Shown piece after piece: positions 37,567 through 46,223 of a stretch of DNA of 64,000 bases. The translations under genes were made by a program, and so were the position numbers. The notes beneath the pieces were generated by a model. It saw only the letters and a list, made by a program, of their open reading frames with translations. It was not told the origin of the DNA and did no database searches. How positions within the stretch are numbered: position 1 is the stretch's first letter; each line of letters starts with the position of its first letter. The stretch lies in contig CAVXLL010000014.1 in assembly GCA_963762575.1 (NCBI GenBank), forward strand, positions 235,811-299,810, read 5' to 3'. This stretch comes from an uncultured Alphaproteobacteria bacterium. GTDB taxonomy: Bacteria; Pseudomonadota; Alphaproteobacteria; ATCC43930; CGMCC-115725.

Positions 37567-38079
37567 ATGAAAACAAAGCATCTCTTGAGCGGCGTTGCGG
37601 TGATTGCCGCGCTTGCGCTTTCCGCGCCAGCCTGGGCGCAACCAGCCAACCCATCGGGCGGAAACGCTGTGGGTGTACCCGGCCCCAATCCCGGTGGGCC
37701 TGGTCTGACGCCGGACAGCACGGGCGCAGCTCCTCCGGCGCCCGCCCCCTCGGCTAATGGCGCACACGGCCGAATGCCCGCAGGAGGGAAGAAGACATCA
37801 ACAAGGGGGGGCCATATCCCGGCAACCTCGGCGACGCCCCCGATGCACCATCACGCGCATTACGTTACCCACGCGGCCGTGCACCACAAGAGGGTGCCTC
37901 TGACGGGATCTACGGCCAATCGGCTGAACCAACAAGAACTCGCCCGCCTTCAGACAGGTAGCGCGATGCCGCCACCAGCTCCAATGCCGAGCCCGTCAGG
38001 GGGGAACAGCATGGGAATGCCCGCTCCTAACACCGGCGGACCCGGCCTGACGCCCTACAGCGGCGCCCCTCCACGGTGA
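37567..38079 (+). CDS. Secreted Pro/Gly-rich protein with N- and C-terminal repeat
   Basis: GGAGG RBS. Signal peptide MKTKHLLSGVAVIAALALSAPAWA. PSGGNAVGVPGPNPGGPGLTPDS near the N-terminus is repeated as PSGGNSMGMPAPNTGGPGLTPYS near the C-terminus. His-rich centre. Confidence 0.75.
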   Translation: MKTKHLLSGVAVIAALALSAPAWAQPANPSGGNAVGVPGPNPGGPGLTPDSTGAAPPAPAPSANGAHGRMPAGGKKTSTRGGHIPATSATPPMHHHAHYVTHAAVHHKRVPLTGSTANRLNQQELARLQTGSAMPPPAPMPSPSGGNSMGMPAPNTGGPGLTPYSGAPPR

Positions 38080-38268
38080 CCGGGTTGCGAGCTTCGTCGA
38101 GCGCCTGACCATTGCTGCGAGGGGGGCTGGGAGCCCCTGGCGCGGCGGCAACCTGATCAGGTCGGTCAATCCACTATGGATTCTGGTTATCGCCGGCCGC
38201 TATCGGCGCGCTCGGCCTAATCTGACGCGGACATAATCCCGGGTCGGGCGCCCTGATGAAGGGGAGCA

Positions 38269-38436
38269 GGTTCGCAGCAGACTCCATGCCGGAGGAAACG
38301 GGATTCGAAGTCCCGGTCCCGATCACAAACCGGCGCGTTAGGCGAACGACAGAGTGGCCGGCTTTTGCGAACGTAGCGCATGCGGGTGGGACCGGGTTCG
38401 CTCGAGACTCCCTCCTCCACCGCAGAGTCTGCGAAC
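38269..38436. repeat. TLH repeat, inverted pair (CCUCCUCC-loop variant)
   Basis: Minus copy 38269-38331 (rc CGGGACCGGGACTTCGAATCCCGTTTCCTCCGGCATGGAGTCTGCTGCGAACC) and plus copy 38388-38436 (GGGACCGGGTTCGCTCGAGACTCCCTCCTCCACCGCAGAGTCTGCGAAC). Confidence 0.75.
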
Positions 38437-38479
38437 TTTTTGTCCCTCCCGGGCCTATTTCAGCGAAGACATCGGAGCC

Positions 38480-39185
38480 ATGATGGCATTGGTTAACCGT
38501 GCATTGGCGCTCAATCCAAGCTTCGCTCGCGGCTGGTACATCAGTGGTGTCATAAAGCTATGGGCGGGCCAGCCCGATGTGGCGATCGAGCATGTCGAAG
38601 CCTCGATGCGCCTCAGTCCCCGCGCCCCCATAGGCCCAGCGCTCGGCGTAATAGGCGGCGCGCATTTCTTTGCTGGGCGGTTCACTGAGGCCGTGTCGAA
38701 GCTGCGCGATCTACAGGCATTACTGAGCGCATCTGTCTTCTCTCATAGTGGGATCATCGACAAGTTCCTGGGCGACGGCTTGATGGCGGTCTTCGGCCCA
38801 CCCATGCCGGGTTCCGCTGGACGCGACCAGTGCCGCGCGCTGCGCGATCGACATCCTGCAATCGATCGACGGCTGGAACGAGCGATGCCATCGATACGCC
38901 GACGCGGCGATCCGGGTGGCCGTCGGCATCCACTATGGCGATGTGGTCCAGGGCGATATTGGCAGCGAGAAGCAGCTGGAACTCACTGTCACCGGCGATA
39001 CGGTCAATATTGCGAGCCGCGTCGAAGCGTACTGCCGATCGCTTGGTTGTGCGGTGCTGGTAACCGGGGCGTTCATCGATTCAATTCGTTCGGAAGGGAG
39101 CGACGTCCTGGCGGAAAAGTTTGCCCGACCAAGGCGACCACTTCTTGCGCGGCCGCGCCGAGCCGAATTCGCCTCTACGGCGTGA
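38480..39185 (+). pseudogene. TPR fragment fused to a frameshifted class III adenylate/guanylate cyclase domain
   Basis: ALALNPSFARGWYISGVIKLWAGQPDVAIEHVEASMRLSP (TPR), then GIIDKFLGDGLMAVFGPP. In another frame: IRVAVGIHYGDVVQGDIGSEKQLELTVTGDTVNIASRVEAYCRSLG (cyclase). Confidence 0.7.
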
Positions 39186-39491
39186 GGAAGCAAAGCGGCT
39201 TATCGACGGGTTGTCGTAAATTATCGGATCTCTGTTCGATGGTCGTCGACCTTTCGGGACCGCCCTCCGCGGTGTAGGCTAACTCGCTCCGGCAAGCTGT
39301 CGGATGCCGAAAGACATTGATCCACGTCAAAGCCCCTCCTCGGTAGATCCCTAATCATTCTTTCTGGAAAAATTGCGCGTCCGCGCAGCGGTGCATTTTC
39401 GTGTGCCGGTTTGCGGTTTCAATTGAACGTGGGACGATCTTGCCCACATGGAGTGATCGCAAGGATGTCCTTTGCCCTCGGGACAGTAATT

Positions 39492-40127
39492 ATGAGCAAG
39501 ACGATAACGACGCACTCCGGCCCTTTGTCTTACGAATGGCAAGCAGCGGGACAAACTGATATGGTCCTGCGGTCTGACCAGTTGGCCACAGTGATAGTTA
39601 TGGCCGATTTTGCGAGAGACTGGTTCGATGACACCCGCAACGAAGCCACCAAAGAGACCGCTGCCGCGCGACGTAGGGAAATAATCTTTGCAGTGTGCAC
39701 GCTAGAGAGCTATCTCCTTGAGTGGGTTCGTGAGATACTCTTGTCTCGGTACCCTCCCGCCGAGATTCTCGGCAGATTAGATAAATATTTCCCTAAGGGG
39801 CAAAGAAACTCTATTCTTAGGAAGTGGAAAGCCGTGCCCGAGGCGGTTTATGCTGATGAACTCATAAAGGAAAAGCCAGACCTAAGTGGGCAGACTTGGC
39901 AGACGTTTAAGGAAACGGTATATGAATACTACCGTAATGCGCTAGTTCACGCAAGCGTAAGTCGGCCACAAAAGAAAGTCACAGCCTTCCTACCTCCCCC
40001 CGCAGATTGGAAGGTGGAACTTGGCAAACTGCGCGCCGGCTGGGCAATGGAGATTGTCGCCGAACTGATACGGGGCCTGAACGACAAAGCTGGCACCCTT
40101 ACCCCGGACTGGGTAGACGACCCGTAA
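39492..40127 (+). CDS. Hypothetical protein with HEPN-like Rx4H motif
   Basis: 211-aa ORF in a visibly AT-richer segment. All-helical-looking sequence with ..CTLESYLLEWVREIL.. and ETVYEYYRNALVHASVS (R-x4-H). The ORF also opens at 39411. Confidence 0.65.
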   Translation: MSKTITTHSGPLSYEWQAAGQTDMVLRSDQLATVIVMADFARDWFDDTRNEATKETAAARRREIIFAVCTLESYLLEWVREILLSRYPPAEILGRLDKYFPKGQRNSILRKWKAVPEAVYADELIKEKPDLSGQTWQTFKETVYEYYRNALVHASVSRPQKKVTAFLPPPADWKVELGKLRAGWAMEIVAELIRGLNDKAGTLTPDWVDDP

Positions 40128-40227
40128 TTTCTGCTGAGTGCTTCCGCGCGCACACCAGCTTCGGAGGTTCCGGACCCTGGCGTGTTAGGATGCTAAGCCA
40201 CTACGACGATACCACAGGTAGGCGCAA

Positions 40228-40509
40228 ATGCCCCTCATAAGATGTCCAGCATGCGACAAGGAAGTCTCGGCAGAGGCAGTGTCCTGCCCGAATTGCGGCC
40301 ACCCGCTGGCGAAACCACTTTCTACAAAGTCGCAAAGCAACACACGTCCTTGGGTGGCCCGTATTAATACTCGTGGTAGTAGTTTTGGTTGGCGTCGCCT
40401 TGAGCCGCGGAGGAGGGCAGCGTTCATTCGTTTGAGCATCGACGCGAAGCGCCTACAACGCCTTGCGCTCGGCGCTTTCAACTGCCGAATAGCCGAACCG
40501 CAGGCCTGA
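40228..40509 (+). pseudogene. Zinc-ribbon protein 5' fragment joined to a PAS-like-family C-terminal fragment
   Basis: MPLIRCPACDKEVSAEAVSCPNCGHPLA (zinc ribbon), then low-quality sequence, then AAFIRLSIDAKRLQRLALGAFNCRI (compare 32230-32310). Confidence 0.4.
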
Positions 40510-40586
40510 GCGCCGCCGTCGCGTGTACGGGAAGTGCATGAAGATCGGCCCAACTCGGACGAAACCACGAAACTGTTGCCTATCTA

Positions 40587-40647
40587 GCGCGGAACTGAAC
40601 GTTCGAATCCAGTCCGCCCCAGCGGCGAGTCGGGCGAACGTCAGTCC
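40587..40647 (+). repeat. TLH repeat copy
   Basis: GCGCGGAACTGAACGTTCGAATCCAGTCCGCCCCAGCGGCGAGTCGGGCGAACGTCAGTCC. ..CTGAACGTTCG pairs with CGAACGTCAG.., i.e. compensatory relative to copy 1095. Confidence 0.8.
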
Positions 40648-40669
40648 GTGTGCTGCGCATTGACTGATG

Positions 40670-41075
40670 CCACCTTGAGGGATCGAACACTCGCGAACTC
40701 GCCCGTCTCGGTGCCCGGATGCATGCCAGCGATATCGCGCCGACCTTCATTCGCCACGCACAGTCCACGGAAGCGACCGATCCGCTCGGCATCATCTTTC
40801 AAGTCGCCGACGCGCTTTCGCTGCCCTTCGCCGACAACTCATTCGATTTCGTGACCGCCTTCATGTCGATGATGGATATGCCTGACCAGGGTTGTGCGCT
40901 GCGAGAGGCGCACCGGGTATGCGTCCCGGCGGGTTTCTCCAATTCTCAATCTTGCACCCATGTTTTGCCCCGTCGCATCGCCGGGTATTGCGGAACGCGG
41001 ATGGCGCCACGAGGGCGATTGAGGTCGCGGGCTACTTCGATGCGATAGACGGGGAGGTCAAGACTTGGTGGTTCG
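40670..41075 (+). pseudogene. Class I SAM-dependent methyltransferase fragment (5'-truncated, one frameshift)
   Basis: RELARLGARMHASDIAPTFIRHAQ..IIFQVADALSLPFADNSFDFVTAFMSMMDMPD, then shifted RPGGFLQFSILHPCF. Confidence 0.6.
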
Positions 41076-41204
41076 GAACCTTGCCGCGAGCGCCCCGGCC
41101 TGCCGCCTCGCCATGTCTACAGGCTGACCGCGCGAGGGCTGGCGCTTGCTCATGAGCAGGAGATGGAAGCGCTCTTGAGCGATCGCGCCGGAGCCACCGC
41201 ATGA
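41075..41204 (+). pseudogene. PadR-like regulator C-terminal fragment
   Basis: ..RHVYRLTARGLALAHEQEMEALL. The stop overlaps the ATG of the downstream hydrolase (ATGA). Confidence 0.3.
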
Positions 41205-42892
41205 ATGCCGCGCCGAGCTCGTGGCGGCGATCGGCAATAAGGCTTGCGCAGCATGCGTCACGGGTCCTTCCCGACGCGGGCCCGTGGGCCGAGGCGATGC
41301 GGCACGAGATCGACTATATCGCGGACGATAAAGCTGCCTTGCGCTGGGCGTTCGGCGGCCTCCTGGCAAGCTACCGGGCGAGGCTCGCCCAATTGCGGTG
41401 CTTCAGCGCGCAGACCTCCTTGAGATACGTCGGAACGATCAGCGGCGTCCTGCTGGTCGTGATCGGACTTGCGCTCGACGCGGGGCATGCCAGCGGCCAG
41501 GCGGAGCCGCCTCAACCTGTCTTCGACGACACAGCTTGCAATCTGCCCGGTCTCTCGCCGGAGATAAGTCCGCACCTGCGCTGCGGCACGGTCAGCGTCC
41601 CGCGGAGTTACGATAACCCCGGCGCAGGCCGGTTCAAGCTGGCGGTCGTCGTCGTCAGGAGCGCCCAGCAGCCCGCGTTTCCCGACCCCGTCGTTTATAT
41701 CAACGGCGGCCCAGGTAGTCCCCTCACCATCTACGCCGACCAGCAGGCCCGGACCCGATACACCGCGGGCCGCGATCTCATCCTCGTCGATCAACGGGGA
41801 ACCGGCCGATCGGAGCCGAAGCTCTGCCCGGACCTCGATGGCGCGCTCTTCGATGCTGGCCTCGCCGTCGCCGCAGACCCGGGCGACGATGCCCTGGCCA
41901 AGCGTCGAACCATCTATGCGGCGTGCCGCTCCGAGGCGACCGCGCACGGCTTCGACCTGACGGATTTCGGCACCAGCGTCACCGTCGCCGATTTTGAGTG
42001 GGTGCGCCGGGCGCTTGGGATCGAGCGCTGGAACGTCTACGGCGAATCCTACGGCACGACCGTCGCCATGACATTGGTCACGTTGCATCCCGAGACCGTG
42101 CGCGCCGCCGTGCTCGATTCGATCTATCCGCCGGACCCGACACCGATGCAGTCGACCAACGTCGCCGACGCGCTCGCTGCGTTCTTCCGATATTGCAGCG
42201 GCGATCGAGCCTGCGCCGACGCATATCCCGACCTCGCAGGAACCTACCGAGAGACGGTGTCCGGGCTCGCTCGCGCACCGCTGACCGTCCCCGTGCCGCC
42301 GAAGATGCATCGTCCCAATGATCGGGTGAGCCTCACTTCGACCCTGTTCGAGGCTCTGGTCGGCAGTCTCATCTACTATCCCTCGGCCTATCCGAGCTTG
42401 CCGCGCCTGATCGCGACCGTGCATGACCGCGACAGCCAGGGGCTCGGAAAGGTTCTTGCGTCCACGTATGCGGCCAGGGCGGCGGAGGTGAACCAGGCGA
42501 CGAACATTGCCGTCGAATGCCGCGACCGTCCGCATTATCGCGACCCGCTTCCGGCCGGTGCGAGCGTGCTCGACCGCTTACAGCTCTACGGCCGCTGCGA
42601 CGATTGGTCGGAAATCGGGCCCGCGCCGCTCGTGCCGATTGGCACCGCCGTGCCGACGCTGGTGCTGACGGGAGAATTCGACCCCGTCACGCGGCCATCC
42701 CAGAGCCAGCATGTGGCGGCACTGATCGGTCGCAATGCGCGCTGGGTCGAGTTTCCCCATATCGGTCACAACGTCAGGGCGTTCAGTCCGTGCGGGGCCA
42801 AAATCGCCGCAGACTTCATCGACAATCCCGCGAAGTCATCCGACACATCGTGCACCGATCGCGCCGCGCCTATCCGTTTTCTTCCGAAATAG
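41201..42892 (+). CDS. Alpha/beta hydrolase (prolyl/tripeptidyl aminopeptidase-like) with N-terminal membrane anchor
   Basis: 563 aa. VVYINGGPGSP, LILVDQRGTGRSEP, nucleophile elbow NVYGESYGTTVA, and a C-terminal TAP-like region (VLTGEFDPVTRP..FPHIGHN). TM segment ISGVLLVVIGLAL. Confidence 0.88.
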   Translation: MNAAPSSWRRSAIRLAQHASRVLPDAGPWAEAMRHEIDYIADDKAALRWAFGGLLASYRARLAQLRCFSAQTSLRYVGTISGVLLVVIGLALDAGHASGQAEPPQPVFDDTACNLPGLSPEISPHLRCGTVSVPRSYDNPGAGRFKLAVVVVRSAQQPAFPDPVVYINGGPGSPLTIYADQQARTRYTAGRDLILVDQRGTGRSEPKLCPDLDGALFDAGLAVAADPGDDALAKRRTIYAACRSEATAHGFDLTDFGTSVTVADFEWVRRALGIERWNVYGESYGTTVAMTLVTLHPETVRAAVLDSIYPPDPTPMQSTNVADALAAFFRYCSGDRACADAYPDLAGTYRETVSGLARAPLTVPVPPKMHRPNDRVSLTSTLFEALVGSLIYYPSAYPSLPRLIATVHDRDSQGLGKVLASTYAARAAEVNQATNIAVECRDRPHYRDPLPAGASVLDRLQLYGRCDDWSEIGPAPLVPIGTAVPTLVLTGEFDPVTRPSQSQHVAALIGRNARWVEFPHIGHNVRAFSPCGAKIAADFIDNPAKSSDTSCTDRAAPIRFLPK

Positions 42893-43104
42893 CAGACACC
42901 TGCCGAAGCATCCGGGGGCTCTCGTCCGCGATGCGGCGGGCAATTTCACGCTGGGCCTGATCGCGATCGCGCTCGGCCCGGCATTGTCGGCGATCGTCGT
43001 ACTGTTGCTCGGCCACGATCGGCGCCTTGAACACATCCCGACCCGGCGACTCGCCACGCCATGACACGCGATATCATTTGCCATGCGGCGGGCTCACCGC
43101 GTCA

Positions 43105-43160
43105 GCGGAACTGGCAGTTCGAATCCATTCCCCTCCAGCGCGGAGTTTATTGCGAACTTG
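43105..43160 (+). repeat. TLH repeat copy
   Basis: GCGGAACTGGCAGTTCGAATCCATTCCCCTCCAGCGCGGAGTTTATTGCGAACTTGG. Confidence 0.75.
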
Positions 43161-43536
43161 GCTCTTCCGGCGTCGACGCAGCGAGCCCGCCAATAACCCC
43201 GGGGCCGAGCGGAACTGCCGGAAGCGCGCACCTGGTTCGAACGTCCCGGCGAGCGGCGTCGCGAACAGGGCGTGTGTGTCGGCGATGTAGAGCATACCGT
43301 CGCCGCCCACGGCGAGACCGCCGGCATGGCCGCACGGGCTCGGCACGTCGACATATCCGGTTGGCCGCCCGTCTCGAGATCCATGCGGATCACCCGACAG
43401 GCCCGCGATGGACGCCCAAGCTGTCGCTGCGATAGGCGGAGACGTAAATGCCGCCACCATCGATCGCGAGCCCCTGCAGATCGTAGCCGTCATCGAGTCC
43501 CGGTAACCAGTCCCAATCGGCGCCGATCGGGGCCTC

Positions 43537-44410
43537 TCAGTTCATCAGGAAACGTGCGAGGAAAACGGGAACGCGAGAGAATGCATCCTGTCGTGCGGCG
43601 GGATCCGTTCCTTGAATGGGGACGACGCCGGCGGCGGTGCGATAATTTGGCGACTCGTGGCGCCCCATGTTGGGCCAGTCGAAATCGTGATAGGCGCCGG
43701 GATAGATTTGTACCGTGACCTTGGCGCCGCGGGCGGCAGCGCCGTCGAGCAGTTCCTTGCACGGCGCTGCGGGGGTCCAGACGTCCTCGGCGCCGACCAG
43801 CACGAGAAGTGGGATCGTGCTCGTCCATGCGCCCTCCCGCCGCTCGTTGCACGACGCCGGGTAGAACGCGACGGCGGCCCGGAAGTCGCCCTGCGGCAGC
43901 TGGGCCGGACGGACGGGGCTCTGCCCGCCGATCGCAAAGAGGACGGCGCCGCCGCCCTCGGACCAGCCGACCACGCCGACGCGGTCCGGCCGCACATAAG
44001 GCTGCGCCTGCAGGAACAACAGCGCCCCATATGCGTCGTGCGGCCGCTTCTGATAGACCTCGCGATTGAAGCCGCGCTGCGAACACATCTCGCCCTGGTT
44101 CCGCGGCCCAAAGCTGTCGACCATCAGCACGACATAGTCACGCTGCGTGAGTTCCCGGGCCCAGTCGAGCTCGCGGGGGTTAATGGAACCCCGTCGCGCG
44201 GTTGAAGAGACCGCCGCACCCGTGCAGGAAAACCACGGCCGGATGTTTCCCCTCGCCTGCCGGGCGAAAGAGATAACCGTCTAGCGCGGTCGCGGCACGG
44301 CCCGGGCCGTTGTCTTCGAACGACGGGAAATGCACGGCCTCTTGCCCCGCGGCGGTGGTGCACCACAGCAGGAGCGCGGCGGCCGCAAAATGTTCGGCGA
44401 GCCGGGGCAT
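43537..44410 (-). pseudogene. Dienelactone hydrolase family protein, one frameshift near 44150
   Basis: Signal-like MPRLAEHFAAAALLLWCTTAAG..HPAVVFLHGCGG (frame 44180-44452). Continues as VVLMVDSFGPRNQ..RVGVVGWSEGGGAVL..LVLVGAEDVWTP..YPGAYHDF (frame 43537-44130). Confidence 0.75.
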
Positions 44411-44449
44411 TAACCTACAGAGGGCGTCGCGCGGTGACCAACCACACTG

Positions 44450-44658
44450 CAAAAGCTCGTCGTCATCGCCGCCACTCTGGTGACCTTCAACCTTCCGGAA
44501 GCGGGCCTGCTATTGATCATCGGCATCGACCAGTTCCTCGACATGGGCCGTACGCGACCAACGTGATCGGCAACAGTTTGGCGACGGCTGTCATTGGCCG
44601 CTGGGAGGGGGAGACAGCGGAGACGCTCGGCGTGCCGGCGGAGGCGCAAGCGGCTTGA
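44450..44658 (+). pseudogene. Dicarboxylate/amino acid:cation symporter (DctA-like) C-terminal fragment
   Basis: LVVIAATLVTFNLPEAGLLLIIGIDQFLDMGRT, then shifted TNVIGNSLATAVIGRWEGE. Only the last ~65 residues of the family are present. Confidence 0.55.
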
Positions 44659-44767
44659 TGCTGCGCTTATTGCTCGCCGTCGCGCTCAGCGCATCGCTGC
44701 TGGCGATTCCTGCCGCACACATTTGAGGTCGACGGCGGTTTCGTCATACAGGTCGACGTCTGAAGTT

Positions 44768-44798
44768 GGGGGCAAACTCGATTTGCTTTGCCCCTTTT
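44768..44798 (+). terminator. Rho-independent terminator-like hairpin
   Basis: GGGGCAAA..loop..TTTGCCCC followed by TTTT. Confidence 0.5.
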
Positions 44799-44929
44799 AA
44801 ATCGTCGCTGAAGTGCCATTTTCGGACGTCGGCGGTAGCCGCCCCTTTCATTCCAGCCTGAAGTAAAAAGAAGGCGATTCGATGTTGGTTGCCAGCTCAC
44901 CGCGTCGGAGTCACCGCTTCAATCGCCGA

Positions 44930-45292
44930 TCATCCCGAGCAGGCGCCGAGCTGTTGCATTCGTGAGGCGAGCCGCTCGGACCAGGCCTGAAAAGCGTGAT
45001 CGACATCGTTCCAGTTGTTGAGCGTATTTTCTACCAGGGCCGTGGTGCCACCTCTTCGGTCGACGGCTTCCCAGAGCAGACCTCCGTTCGTCGCATCGGT
45101 CGCATAGCCCTCGGCTGTCGCGGTGCCGGCGAAATATCCGACGCCGTTGTTGAAGGCGAGGGATGCGAGGCTGTAGGCGGTGCCGACGTAAGGCGTGTAA
45201 GTCGCAACGGTGTTGACCGTGGAGTTGGGAATTGTGGCATCGACCAGCGCGAACCGCATCCGCATCGTACCCGGCGAGGGCGAGGTCACCAT
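44930..45292 (-). CDS. Hypothetical protein
   Basis: 120-aa ORF with balanced composition (..NSTVNTVATYTPYVGTAYSLASLAFNNGVGYFAGTATAEGYATDATNGGLLWEAV..NNWNDVDHAFQAWSERL). No family recognised; start uncertain. Confidence 0.4.
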   Translation of the reverse strand: MVTSPSPGTMRMRFALVDATIPNSTVNTVATYTPYVGTAYSLASLAFNNGVGYFAGTATAEGYATDATNGGLLWEAVDRRGGTTALVENTLNNWNDVDHAFQAWSERLASRMQQLGACSG

Positions 45293-45548
45293 TTCCAGGT
45301 GCCATATTTTCGGAACGACTTTCGGTGACGACCGCCAGCCATCGCGTTATCCTGACAATGCCATGCCGGGTGATGCGTTAAGGTTGAACCATCACCATCC
45401 CTGCCTGGCGAGGCACGCCTTCGTCGCTTGCCTAGCGTCGAGATGGGTCCGTGCACCTGATGGTCCGTTCCATGTTAAAAGCTCGTAGGTTGCACTTCGG
45501 CTCGCCGATCGCGGTTTCGTGTTGAGCTGGACGCGCCATGTTTTTGTT

Positions 45549-45611
45549 CAAGTCCACTAACGTGACTTGGGCCGCGGCCCAAGTCACGTTAGTGGACTTG
45601 GGCCGCGGCCC
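45549..45611. repeat. 52-bp perfect palindrome plus second copy of GACTTGGGCCGCGGCCC
   Basis: 45549-45600 is a perfect inverted repeat centred at 45574/45575 (CAAGTCCACTAACGTGACTTGGGCCGC | GCGGCCCAAGTCACGTTAGTGGACTTG). The 17-mer 45564-45580 recurs at 45595-45611. Confidence 0.9.
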
Positions 45612-45629
45612 GATCCTTAGGAGACGTCA

Positions 45630-46223
45630 ATGTCAGATAGCGAAGACAAAAATTCTGACATCGAAACAAAAATCAAAGAGTACATTGATAATCGGCTGCT
45701 CGGCAAGCAAAGCGGTTACCTGGGCTATTACGACAGGGCAGCAGGGCGGATGAAGAAGCGTCACATACAAAGCCGCTCGGTTGCCGCGATCGGCGCTGTT
45801 CTTATCCCCGTCGTTAGCAATATAGCTTGGGTGCCTGAAATTAGCGGAACTAGAGTCGAGATTGCAACAATTGGTGCCTCGCTCATTGGAGTAACCGTTG
45901 CGCTAATTCTTGCACTTGAAGGAGTATTCCACTTCAAGGAACAGTGGCAAAACTTTCGAGGTACCGAGCAGTACCTGCTCTCACAAAAATACCGCTTCGA
46001 AAACAGTGCGGACGAGTACCAGTCGCTTTCCAGAGAGGACGCATTCAAGCTGTTTGTATCAAGGGTGGAAAAGGCAATTCTTGATGAAAATAACGTGACC
46101 CTCAATATCCTTGGGCGTACCGAAGGTACAACTTCAGGCAACACACTACCGACTCCTTCGGGGAACCCGCCGCAGCGGGTGCTTCAGAGCACCACGCCCG
46201 TGGTACCGCATGTTGCCCAATAA
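45630..46223 (+). CDS. DUF4231/SLATT-like two-transmembrane protein
   Basis: TAGGAGA RBS. 197 aa with two adjacent TM helices (VAAIGAVLIPVVSNI; IATIGASLIGVTVALILAL) followed by FKEQWQNFRGTEQYLLSQKYRFENSADEYQ..FKLFVSRVEKAILDE, the pattern I associate with DUF4231/SLATT proteins. AT-richer than surroundings. Confidence 0.8.
   Translation: MSDSEDKNSDIETKIKEYIDNRLLGKQSGYLGYYDRAAGRMKKRHIQSRSVAAIGAVLIPVVSNIAWVPEISGTRVEIATIGASLIGVTVALILALEGVFHFKEQWQNFRGTEQYLLSQKYRFENSADEYQSLSREDAFKLFVSRVEKAILDENNVTLNILGRTEGTTSGNTLPTPSGNPPQRVLQSTTPVVPHVAQ

Noticed and set aside
43074-43520. Minus-strand fragments resembling a beta-propeller-like conserved protein (..GYVDVPSPCGHAGGLAVGGDGMLYIADTHALF.. and ..DWDWLPGLDDGYDLQGLAIDGGGIYVS..).
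   Set aside because: This is probably a decayed gene, but I could not assign a family or a consistent frame, so I did not report it as a feature.
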